Origin: Candidatus Helarchaeota archaeon
GTDB taxonomy: Archaea > Asgardarchaeota > Lokiarchaeia > Helarchaeales > RDOG01
DNA: 64,000 nt
Direction of reading: 5' to 3'
Assembly: GCA_019058315.1 (NCBI GenBank)
Contig: JAHPZH010000006.1
Coordinates: forward strand, 224,001 to 288,000
Within the stretch, counting starts at the first letter, position 1. Each line of letters starts with the position of its first letter. Position numbers and translations under genes: made by a program. Under the pieces are notes generated by a model that saw only the letters and a list, made by a program, of their open reading frames with translations, searched no databases and was not told where the DNA came from. Shown here piece by piece: positions 1-8,461 of the stretch.

Positions 1-1
1 A

Positions 2-508
2 ATCATTGAAAAAATCATAGCTAATCAAGAAGATAACATTAAAAACATTGCTCAACATTTTGCTAATAAGTCAAATTTTTTGTATTTGGGTAGGGGAATA
101 AATTCAATAACTGCCGCTGAAGGTGCCTTAAAATTAAAAGAAATTTCTTATATACATGCAGAAAGCTATCCCGCAGGTGAGTGTAAACATGGACCAATAG
201 CTTTAATAGAGAAAGATTTTCCAGTTGTTTTTATCGCTCCTCCCGATGATACTCAATCTCTTCTAATATCAAATATCATGGAAATGAAAGCTAGAAATGC
301 TAAAATTATAACTGTGTCAGAAGAAAATGATAATAAAATTCATAGAATATCAGATGCAAAATTTATTATTCCATCAAAAATTCCAGACATTTTTACTCCA
401 ATAGCTTATATTGTACCTCTCCAAATATTTGCATATTTCTCTGCAGTTTTTAGAGGTTATGATCCCGATAAACCAAGAAATTTAGCAAAAACAGTTACAG
501 TTCTTTAA
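2..508 (+). CDS. glmS: Glutamine-fructose-6-phosphate aminotransferase, C-terminal SIS domain (5'-truncated by window edge)
   Basis: Frame open from nt 2; EGALKLKEISYIHAE, KHGPIAL and terminal DKPRNLAKTVTV motifs. Confidence 0.95.
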   Translation: MIEKIIANQEDNIKNIAQHFANKSNFLYLGRGINSITAAEGALKLKEISYIHAESYPAGECKHGPIALIEKDFPVVFIAPPDDTQSLLISNIMEMKARNAKIITVSEENDNKIHRISDAKFIIPSKIPDIFTPIAYIVPLQIFAYFSAVFRGYDPDKPRNLAKTVTVL

Positions 509-571
509 TTATTTAAAAGATCATTAAATGTTATAAAATTACTAATTTTATCTGTTTGATTATTATATAGG

Positions 572-742
572 TTATAAATCGGTTATTCTTTTAAGTTCTG
601 GGTATATTTCAAACATTACTTTTCTATTTTCTTCATTTTTCCAAAATTTAGATTCCATTGAAATTGAGAGTGATGCATCTCCTTTGGTAATATAGATAAT
701 ATTTGATTTTATCTCTATTTTTGCATCCGTAATTTGATTCAT
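572..742 (-). CDS. Small hypothetical protein, 56 aa (not in ORF track)
   Basis: ATG at 742 to TAA at 572; MNQITDAKIEIKSNIIYITKGDASLSISMESKFWKNEENRKVMFEIYPELKRITDL; purine-rich GAGATGA upstream. Confidence 0.5.
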   Translation of the reverse strand: MNQITDAKIEIKSNIIYITKGDASLSISMESKFWKNEENRKVMFEIYPELKRITDL

Positions 743-828
743 TATTTATCATCTCATCGACAATAATATTTAAATAAATCTGTTTAAAATTAGTTTTTTT
801 TATTATTATTTTAATATCTTTAAATAAA

Positions 829-920
829 TATTTAAATTTAACTGAATATATTGGACAATAATCCATTTCTTTTAAGATAATTATTTAAATTTTACTGAAT
901 ATATTGAACAATTGTTCATT
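829..920. promoter_or_regulatory. Tandem imperfect direct repeat (53-nt period), each copy ending in a palindromic candidate operator
   Basis: TATTTAAATTTWACTGAATATATTGRACAATWRTYCATT twice; TGGACAATAATCCA at 852-865 and perfect palindrome TGAACAATTGTTCA at 905-918. Confidence 0.55.
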
Positions 921-981
921 ATTCTAAAATAAAATTGATAAATTAAAATATTAATGTTTTTGGTTTGGAAAGAAAAAATTA

Positions 982-1155
982 TTAAAAATTATAGACTTTA
1001 AGATCCTTTAAAAGCTTATTACAATATGGGCATATATAAGATTTATTATTTTCATTATATTCTGCTTCTATACGTATAGACTCTCCTAAACAGTCGCATG
1101 TTCCAAATGCAATCTCATTTATTTCCAAATTTTCATCTCCATATTTAAAAATCAT
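982..1155 (-). CDS. Small zinc-ribbon-like protein, 57 aa (not in ORF track)
   Basis: ATG at 1155 to TAA at 982; MIFKYGDENLEINEIAFGTCDCLGESIRIEAEYNENNKSYICPYCNKLLKDLKVYNF with CxC and CPxC. Confidence 0.6.
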   Translation of the reverse strand: MIFKYGDENLEINEIAFGTCDCLGESIRIEAEYNENNKSYICPYCNKLLKDLKVYNF

Positions 1156-1198
1156 TTCATTTTTAATTCATAAATCATTTAAAATAAAAAAGGAGGGA

Positions 1199-1543
1199 TT
1201 AAATTACCTCTTCTCCTCTATCTCCAGTTCGTATTCTGATGGCTTCATCAACGGGTAAAATAAAAATTTTCCCATCACCTGGTGCACCTGTAGATGCATT
1301 TTTCATGATAATATCCAAAATATCGTCAATTTCATGTGAACCATTTATAAAAATTTCTAATTTTATTTTGTTAATCCAATGTATCATGTATTCTCCAGTT
1401 CTGCCTGTCAATTTAATACCTCTTTGACGGCCATGTCCTTTTACCTCATACATGGTCATTCCTTGGATTCCAATCTTGAAAAGAGCATCTTTAACCATTT
1501 CTAATTTTTCTGGTCTAATAAAACATTCAATTTTTTTCATCAC
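1199..1543 (-). CDS. glnK: P-II nitrogen regulatory protein
   Basis: KKIECFIRPEKL, GHGRQRG T-loop, GDGKIFILPV, IRIRTG; downstream of amt. Confidence 0.95.
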   Translation of the reverse strand: MMKKIECFIRPEKLEMVKDALFKIGIQGMTMYEVKGHGRQRGIKLTGRTGEYMIHWINKIKLEIFINGSHEIDDILDIIMKNASTGAPGDGKIFILPVDEAIRIRTGDRGEEVI

Positions 1544-1558
1544 TTCATAAATCCTCCT

Positions 1559-2797
1559 TTAGACTTGTTCTCCATGTTGTGTAATATCCAGTCCTACATA
1601 TTCTTCTTGAGATGTAACTCTCAATCCAATTGTCTTTTTCAGTATTAGAACTATGACTAAAGTAACACCAAAGGAGTAAGCCATACAAATTAAAGCCCCG
1701 ATACCTTGTAGAAATACTTGAACAATATTACCAGTAATTAATCCTTCTACTCCAAAACTTGCAAAAACTCCTGTTAGAATTGCACCTAAAATTCCGCTTA
1801 TACCATGAACTGACCAAGCATCAAGAGATTCATCGATACTAGACTTCGTACGCCAACTCAATACAATATAAGAGACTGTACTAGAAGCCGCACCAATGAC
1901 GAGTGCTGCCATAGGGGAGACAAACCCCGCAGCCGGTGTTATACCAACTAGACCTGCAAGGACACCAGTTACAAGACCCAACATACTTGCTCTTCCTGTT
2001 TTATACCAAACTATTAATAACCAAACAAATCCTGCAGCACAAGATGACATAAATGTATTAAATAATGCTAAAACAGCAGCTCCATTTGCCCCTAGTCCAC
2101 TGCCCCCATTGAAACCAAACCATCCTATCCATAATAATGCTGTGCCAAGTAATACATAAGGAATATTAGAAGGTTCCATTGGTTCTTTATTGTAACCTCT
2201 CCTAGGTTCAATAATTAATGCTGCTGCTAAAGCTGAAAATCCAGCATTAATATGGACAACTGAGCCTCCAGCCCAATCTAATACACCCATCGAGCCTAAA
2301 AAGCCTCCATCACCCCATACCCAGTGTGCTATAGGACTATAGACTAATAATAGCCAAAAAATACAAAAAAGCACAAATGAACTGAATTTTGCTCTATCAG
2401 CAAATGGACTTGCAACAATTGCAACTGTAATTATTGCAAACATCATTTGATAAATTACAAAAAGCATATGTGGTATTGTGGTTGAATAAACTGGGTAATA
2501 AAATGGATCAACTGCATTCATACCAATAAAATCTAGCCCTCCTATTATTCCACCACCAATATCAGGGGCAAATGCTAAACTATAGCCTAAAATAAACCAA
2601 AAAAGAGCTACTACGACTATTGAGGTAAAACACATTGCCATCATTGAAATCATATTTTTTTTCCTTAAGAGACCACCATAGAAAAAAGCTAATCCTGGAG
2701 TCATTATGAAAACAAGACATGTACAAGTTAATAGCCATGCTGTATCAGTTCCGCCAAAATCTGCAAATATAAAAAGAATTATATCTTCAATTGCCAT
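1559..2797 (-). CDS. amtB: Ammonium transporter
   Basis: PGLAFFYGGL, DWAGGSVVH, GWFGFNGGS, GLDITQHGE; start moved to ATG 2797, which follows GAGGTGA. Confidence 0.95.
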   Translation of the reverse strand: MAIEDIILFIFADFGGTDTAWLLTCTCLVFIMTPGLAFFYGGLLRKKNMISMMAMCFTSIVVVALFWFILGYSLAFAPDIGGGIIGGLDFIGMNAVDPFYYPVYSTTIPHMLFVIYQMMFAIITVAIVASPFADRAKFSSFVLFCIFWLLLVYSPIAHWVWGDGGFLGSMGVLDWAGGSVVHINAGFSALAAALIIEPRRGYNKEPMEPSNIPYVLLGTALLWIGWFGFNGGSGLGANGAAVLALFNTFMSSCAAGFVWLLIVWYKTGRASMLGLVTGVLAGLVGITPAAGFVSPMAALVIGAASSTVSYIVLSWRTKSSIDESLDAWSVHGISGILGAILTGVFASFGVEGLITGNIVQVFLQGIGALICMAYSFGVTLVIVLILKKTIGLRVTSQEEYVGLDITQHGEQV

Positions 2798-3243
2798 GAA
2801 ATCACCTCTAAATATCCATTGTTTATTTATATTTTTAATAAGCAAATTCTGATATTTTTGCTGATTATTGTTTATTTTTTTTGTTTATTCATTCAATTTT
2901 TTTAAATTCTTTTGAACAAAACAATATTGTTGTAATTTATTAATATTTCTTATTTAATTCGATACTTTTTATAGTAGAAAATGTACAATATGTTATAATA
3001 AAAGTAAAAAGATGCATAAAAAAAAATTAATAAAATAGATATATAGTGGCATATATTCTAAAAATTATATAAAGTTTTAATTTTCTAAATATAAGAAATA
3101 AAATTATTAAATATATAATAAAAAATAAAATTTATTCTCTATTTTATTCTTTAAATTTTTGTTAATTTTCCCTTATTCTAGAGAATATCTAAAAATTAAT
3201 GTTTTAAAATGATAAATTTTTCTACTTAATACAGATTTTAATT

Positions 3244-3729
3244 TTATTCTTTAAAATTAAATTCATTAATCCGCAAATCTTCTTTTATAACATTAAGTGC
3301 AATATTTGTAACTGTTTTTTTTATATAAGGTTTTGATAGAACTTTTTTTACGAAATTATTAAGTTCTTCTTTATTTTTAAATCGAGCCACAAGTGCAATA
3401 TCAAAATCACCAGTTATATCATATAACATAATTACATTATTATTCTTTGCAAGCTCTTTTTCTGCATCTACGAGTTTTCTTCCTTCTGCTTGAATAAGTA
3501 TTATAACTGTTAAATTATAGCCAGCTTTGATCGGATCTACAATAACGGTATAACCCTTTAATATCCCTCTCTCCTCTAAACTCTTTACACGGTTATAAAC
3601 TGTCCCAACCGCTATATTAAGACGTTTTGCTATTTTATTATAGCTTAATTTTGAATTTTCTTGAAGAATTTGAATAATATTAAAATCTAGTTCATCAAAT
3701 TTTTCACTTATTTTTTGTTCCAAACCCAA
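3244..3729 (-). CDS. Lrp/AsnC family transcriptional regulator
   Basis: N-terminal HTH (LDFNIIQILQENSKLSYNKIAKRL), RAM domain ITGDFD. Confidence 0.93.
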   Translation of the reverse strand: MGLEQKISEKFDELDFNIIQILQENSKLSYNKIAKRLNIAVGTVYNRVKSLEERGILKGYTVIVDPIKAGYNLTVIILIQAEGRKLVDAEKELAKNNNVIMLYDITGDFDIALVARFKNKEELNNFVKKVLSKPYIKKTVTNIALNVIKEDLRINEFNFKE

Positions 3730-3757
3730 CCAACTCAGTTTTTATTTTACATACAAA

Positions 3758-3771
3758 TGAATAATTATTCA
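3758..3771. promoter_or_regulatory. Perfect 14-bp palindrome TGAATAATTATTCA upstream of the Lrp gene, candidate operator
   Basis: Same TGAA-N6-TTCA form as the site at 905-918. Confidence 0.45.
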
Positions 3772-3913
3772 ATATCCTATTTTTATATTAAATATTTGAA
3801 CAAAAAATATTTTGATTTTTTATATCAGATCTTTAATAGAAATTTTTATTTTCACATAAAAATTATTCTTTAAAAGGTGAAAACTAAAAAATATTTGAGT
3901 TGGGAGTTAAAAA

Positions 3914-6097
3914 ATGAATATTGAAGAGGAATTAGATGGAATATCCACCAGTGGTGGCATTGAGATTAAAGAGGGGCTAGTTCTTAACCATAATAATACT
4001 GTAAGATCTATAGCTATCTCTCCTAATGGAAAATATATCATTAGTGGGTGTAATGATAAAATAATCAGGATTTGGGAATCAAAAACAGGGAACCTCATCC
4101 GTGAGCTAAAAGGACATGAGAATTGGGTATTAACAGTTCTAATTTCTCCAGATGGAAAATATATTATTAGTGGATCTGCGGATAAAACAATAAAAATTTG
4201 GGATTTTAAAACTGGAATGCTTATTAATACCCTTAAGGGACATAATTTACACATCTTTTCAATTGCTCTAACACATGATGGAAAAACTATCATTAGCAGT
4301 TCGTGGGATAAAACGATAAAAATTTGGGACTTAAAAAAAGGGAAACTCATAACCACACTTGAAGGTCATAAGGATTGTGTATATTCTATTTCGGTTTCCC
4401 CTAATGATAAATTCTTAATTAGTGGCTCCTGGGATAGAATGATAAATTTTTGGTTATTAGAGGAAGGAGAATTAGGTCGTTCTAATGAGGCACACTCTTC
4501 TGCTATTTACTCTATTACAATCTCTCCTGATGGAAAATATATAATAAGTGGGTCAGAGGATAACCTTATAAAAATTTGGGATTTAGGGACAGGTGCATTA
4601 TTAACTAAACTTGAAGGACATGGAGGTAGGATATATACAATTGATATTTCTGCTGATGGAAAATTTCTAATAAGTGGCTCTGAAGATAATACTATTAAAA
4701 TTTGGGAATTAATAACTGGAAGGATTTTACATACAATTAAAGATCATATTGATAGTATTTTTACTCTTGCCTTCTTTCCAGATAATAAATTTATTGCCAG
4801 TGGTTCTGCTGATAAAACCATTAGGATATGGAATATCGAGAAGTGGTTAAAACCACCTAAAGCTCAAAAAATTAAAGTAGAGCAAAAAAAGAAGAAAAAA
4901 ATTCATAAAGACGAGAAATATTATGAAAAACTTCCTATAAATAAAGAAATACTAACATTACTTTTAAATTTTGAGGAGAGGCGAAGACGATTTTCTTTAC
5001 CTGAAGGTGAAATAGAAAAAGTATCAGAAGAACTTTCAAGACTTTATGATAAAATTTTAAAAATTGATCCAAATGATAAAGAAATATGGTTTAGACAAGG
5101 TTATACTCATGCAACCTTAAAAAGATATACTAAAGCACTGTCCTGCTTTAAACAAGCAGTAAAAATTGATTATAACTATACTGAAGCTTGGAGAGAATTA
5201 GGAAATGTCTATAGCTTACTTAAGAATGAAAAAGAAGCGATTGAATGTTATGAATATGTTGTTAAAAAAAACCCCAATGATGATAAAACTTGGTACAATT
5301 TAGGAGTAGCATACTATCATATAAAGAATTTAGAAAAAGCTGCTGAGTGTTTCAAAAAAAATATACAGTTTGATCCCTATGATGTTGATGCAAGGAAAGC
5401 ATTAAATAAAATAATGAATGAAAAAACGTATAAAGAGGAAAGAGAGAAGATAGAAGCATCAGAGGATACAAATTATGGTCATATGATAGTAGATTGGGAT
5501 AAAGATGATTACCCATATAGTAAAGTGATGGGTTATCCAACACCTTGGATTTCATCAAAATTAAGAACTGAAATCAATTGTATTTGTGGTAATTCATATA
5601 ATGTAGATTATATTTCCGATATTAACACGTGGGCAGGTCGTAATCTCCATAATGAATTAATCAAGAAATTAATTGATGGAACTAATTACACTTTCAAATG
5701 TCCAAAATGTCACAATTTAAATAAAATTTCAAAAAAAGTCCTTATCATTTATCCTGAAGGAAAATTTTGGGTGCCAACAAATGAAAACCCAAATAAAATT
5801 AAAAAAATTCTCACAAATTTTGGAGTACTGGAAGAAAATGGAAGCATTGTTGATGGATTTGTAAAGATGTTTTTAAAGAGAGAAGCTTCACATATTCGAG
5901 ATACAGCTTATATGCCTCTTTATGACATTTTCGGCATAAAAACTAAGCAAGATAGAGAAGACTTTATAAAATTTTTATATGAAAATATAAAAACCTTTCA
6001 AGATTTAGTTGAATTTCATGAAGCGCTTCTTTTTAATACCAAATTTCACAAAGGAGATGTTCCTTCCTTAATTAAAAAATGGAAAAATCGAATATAA
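3914..6097 (+). CDS. WD40 (about 7 repeats) + TPR + CpXC-type zinc domain protein
   Basis: Repeated GH...SPDG..IISGS.D.TIKIWD; TPRs (W.NLG.AY); CICG...CPKC. Confidence 0.88.
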   Translation: MNIEEELDGISTSGGIEIKEGLVLNHNNTVRSIAISPNGKYIISGCNDKIIRIWESKTGNLIRELKGHENWVLTVLISPDGKYIISGSADKTIKIWDFKTGMLINTLKGHNLHIFSIALTHDGKTIISSSWDKTIKIWDLKKGKLITTLEGHKDCVYSISVSPNDKFLISGSWDRMINFWLLEEGELGRSNEAHSSAIYSITISPDGKYIISGSEDNLIKIWDLGTGALLTKLEGHGGRIYTIDISADGKFLISGSEDNTIKIWELITGRILHTIKDHIDSIFTLAFFPDNKFIASGSADKTIRIWNIEKWLKPPKAQKIKVEQKKKKKIHKDEKYYEKLPINKEILTLLLNFEERRRRFSLPEGEIEKVSEELSRLYDKILKIDPNDKEIWFRQGYTHATLKRYTKALSCFKQAVKIDYNYTEAWRELGNVYSLLKNEKEAIECYEYVVKKNPNDDKTWYNLGVAYYHIKNLEKAAECFKKNIQFDPYDVDARKALNKIMNEKTYKEEREKIEASEDTNYGHMIVDWDKDDYPYSKVMGYPTPWISSKLRTEINCICGNSYNVDYISDINTWAGRNLHNELIKKLIDGTNYTFKCPKCHNLNKISKKVLIIYPEGKFWVPTNENPNKIKKILTNFGVLEENGSIVDGFVKMFLKREASHIRDTAYMPLYDIFGIKTKQDREDFIKFLYENIKTFQDLVEFHEALLFNTKFHKGDVPSLIKKWKNRI

Positions 6098-6145
6098 AAA
6101 TAAATTAGAACTAGAGAAGGAAATTCTATATATTCTATTTATTTA

Positions 6146-6394
6146 TCACAAATTAAAACTAGAAGATGCATCCAGTAAGTTATTTTTGATGGAATTTAAA
6201 TCAAGTTCTTTTTTACTCAATTTTAAAAATTTGATATTATCTAAAATTCGTTCTATAATATTTCTAGCCACATCCAATTCTAAATAAGATATTAATTCTG
6301 AAATAATTTTCTCCCAAGTGTCTTTTTCTTTTTGGAGATCATCAATTGGAAAATAAAAAAAGCGAATAAGTTCATCTAACAAATTTTCCTTCAC
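6146..6394 (-). CDS. Hypothetical protein, possibly the frameshifted C-terminus of the upstream LAGLIDADG gene
   Basis: Frame stays open upstream across the 6421 stop (ADIEPEYDFDEEVKENLL). Confidence 0.4.
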   Translation of the reverse strand: MKENLLDELIRFFYFPIDDLQKEKDTWEKIISELISYLELDVARNIIERILDNIKFLKLSKKELDLNSIKNNLLDASSSFNL

Positions 6395-6420
6395 CTCTTC
6401 ATCAAAATCATATTCTGGTT

Positions 6421-8319
6421 CTATATCTGCTCGAGATCTTCTGTAAAATTAAAATCAAATAAATGTGAAAGATAATTTGTTATCTCTTCTTCATTCATAG
6501 ATGTTCTAATTTTTTTGATAAATTCATTTAATTTAGTTATTAATTCTTGAACTGTAAAACTAGCAAGATTTAATTTATCATTATAATCACTTGAGGTTGA
6601 ATTTTTCATTATATGATCAAATTTATTTACTATTATTTTGAGAATTTTATTCAAATCAACATATTTACCTACTAAACTAGGATTAAAAATATTCTTAGAT
6701 ATCAGTTCACTTATAATTAATCCTGAATTTAAAACGCTTGATTTGTAAGCTCCTTTATAATGTCCTTGTAACACTGTTACTTCTATATGAAAACCTATTT
6801 TATTTCTAAATTTCCGAATTTCATCAATCGCTCTTATAATAATTTCATTTTGTTTTTTAATGTGATTAATACCCATTAAATTAAGAATTTCACTGAATTC
6901 ATCTAATAAATGAGGATTATGGGAAGCTAAAGATATGTAATATTGAATATAATAATCTTTGTTATTTCTTCTTCCTTTAGAAAGACTGAAACTGCCTTCT
7001 GTACTAGAAATTATTTGAAGAATATCTTTTAACTGATTTTTATTATTAATATTCGATTTTTTCTTAATTTCCCCTAAAAAATATTTTATATAATTTATCA
7101 ATTTTATATAGGTTGTAGGTGGGTAATGATCCTTAAATGGAGTGCATTCTAAACAAGGAATTCCTGATAATTTATCTAAAAATTTTGGGCATAGTGGCCA
7201 ATGTATGCATTTCTTTGCTCTATAAGTAGGAGAAAAATTATATGAAATATCAACTAATTTTTTATTTTTAACAACAGAAGTAAATGGTTTTTTATAAATA
7301 TTGATTTTATCATCAATTAATTTAATATTTTTTTCAAATTCCCTCCGTAAAATGGGATTCTTACTAGTAAATGCAATCTCATATCTTTCATTTGACCTAG
7401 ATATGTTTCCATCTGTTAATAAAAATGCAAGGTTTTTCAATAAATTATATTTTTTAGTCCTTAATAGCTTGTCTTTGTATACTCTGTATTTTTTTAATTC
7501 TTTTTTAAAAACTGGATTATTCAAAAAATTCAAATTTGAAATATTTTTTAATTTCCAAATAGCTTCTACGTACCATATATGTTCTATAAACTTATTAATT
7601 AGAATTATAAGACATTCAACAAATCTTTGACGATGGTATACTCTTGGAATATTTCTAATTTGTTGATTACAAGTCGTTATTGCTGCATGAGCAAATTCTT
7701 TTAAATTTTCAATGGCTAATTTAATCCAAGCTTCGGATTCTAAATTTTCTTGTAAACTTGTTCTACAAAAGTCTATTATTTTCTTTTTTTCTTCTTTATT
7801 TATTATATTTTTTGTAATATTATTAGAAATCTCACTAATTTTTTTAAAATGATAATTATTTGGTTTAAATATTTCATTCCAATTTACCCTAAATGTTAGA
7901 TTTTTTCTATCTTGAGGACTTGTCAAAAATTGCTGATCAAATTCTTTCCTTAAGATCTTGTCAATAAATCCAATTTTTCTTTTGAATCGGTGTTCTTTTT
8001 CAAAACGATATATAAATGGTCCTCTTTTTTTTGGTCCTTTATCAATGAGCTCAATAAATTTATATTTTAATAATTCTTTCAATATCTTTTCTACTTTAAA
8101 TTCTGATAATCCATTATAATTTTCTAATTCTTCCTGAGAAAAGGGTGTTTTTCTTTCTTTCCAAAATTCAATGAATTTTATTAGATCTTTTTGATTTAAT
8201 GTCCAGAAGGATGAAAGTGGAGAGATGCTAAAAAACTCACTAAAATCATGGTCATTGATTTTTTCGTTGTGTTTAATTTCTCGGTTTAAAATGGAAGTAT
8301 TATTTGACATAATCATCAA
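6421..8319 (-). CDS. Free-standing double-motif LAGLIDADG endonuclease-like protein with N-terminal HTH-like region and Cys-rich insert
   Basis: LAFLLTDGNI...IAFTSKNPIL; ISSTEGSF...ISLASHNPHLLDEFSEILNLMGI...FRNKIGF; no intein Hint termini. Confidence 0.7.
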   Translation of the reverse strand: MMIMSNNTSILNREIKHNEKINDHDFSEFFSISPLSSFWTLNQKDLIKFIEFWKERKTPFSQEELENYNGLSEFKVEKILKELLKYKFIELIDKGPKKRGPFIYRFEKEHRFKRKIGFIDKILRKEFDQQFLTSPQDRKNLTFRVNWNEIFKPNNYHFKKISEISNNITKNIINKEEKKKIIDFCRTSLQENLESEAWIKLAIENLKEFAHAAITTCNQQIRNIPRVYHRQRFVECLIILINKFIEHIWYVEAIWKLKNISNLNFLNNPVFKKELKKYRVYKDKLLRTKKYNLLKNLAFLLTDGNISRSNERYEIAFTSKNPILRREFEKNIKLIDDKINIYKKPFTSVVKNKKLVDISYNFSPTYRAKKCIHWPLCPKFLDKLSGIPCLECTPFKDHYPPTTYIKLINYIKYFLGEIKKKSNINNKNQLKDILQIISSTEGSFSLSKGRRNNKDYYIQYYISLASHNPHLLDEFSEILNLMGINHIKKQNEIIIRAIDEIRKFRNKIGFHIEVTVLQGHYKGAYKSSVLNSGLIISELISKNIFNPSLVGKYVDLNKILKIIVNKFDHIMKNSTSSDYNDKLNLASFTVQELITKLNEFIKKIRTSMNEEEITNYLSHLFDFNFTEDLEQI

Positions 8320-8461
8320 ATATATTTATGCAATGCGCAAGATATAAGTTTTTATATATATAAAGAGGGGATTTTGCGCAAAATTTAAAAATTCAGAAAA
8401 GAAATGAATAACAAATTAATAAAATTTATATTTTATTGTTTATTAGAGGTGAAACTTTAAG

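Noticed and set aside
648-866. 72-aa ORF from the track
   Set aside because: It runs through the repeat/promoter region and has low-complexity composition; the overlapping 572-742 frame is more plausible.
829-920. CRISPR array
   Set aside because: Only two imperfect copies with about 14 nt between them and no cas genes; fits an operator duplication better.
2846-3243. Very AT-rich 400-nt stretch as a replication origin
   Set aside because: No ORB-like G-string repeats and no cdc6/orc1 nearby; consistent with the amtB promoter region.
6421-8319. Intein
   Set aside because: No Hint blocks (N-terminal Cys/Ser, TxxH, terminal HN) and no recognisable split host protein.
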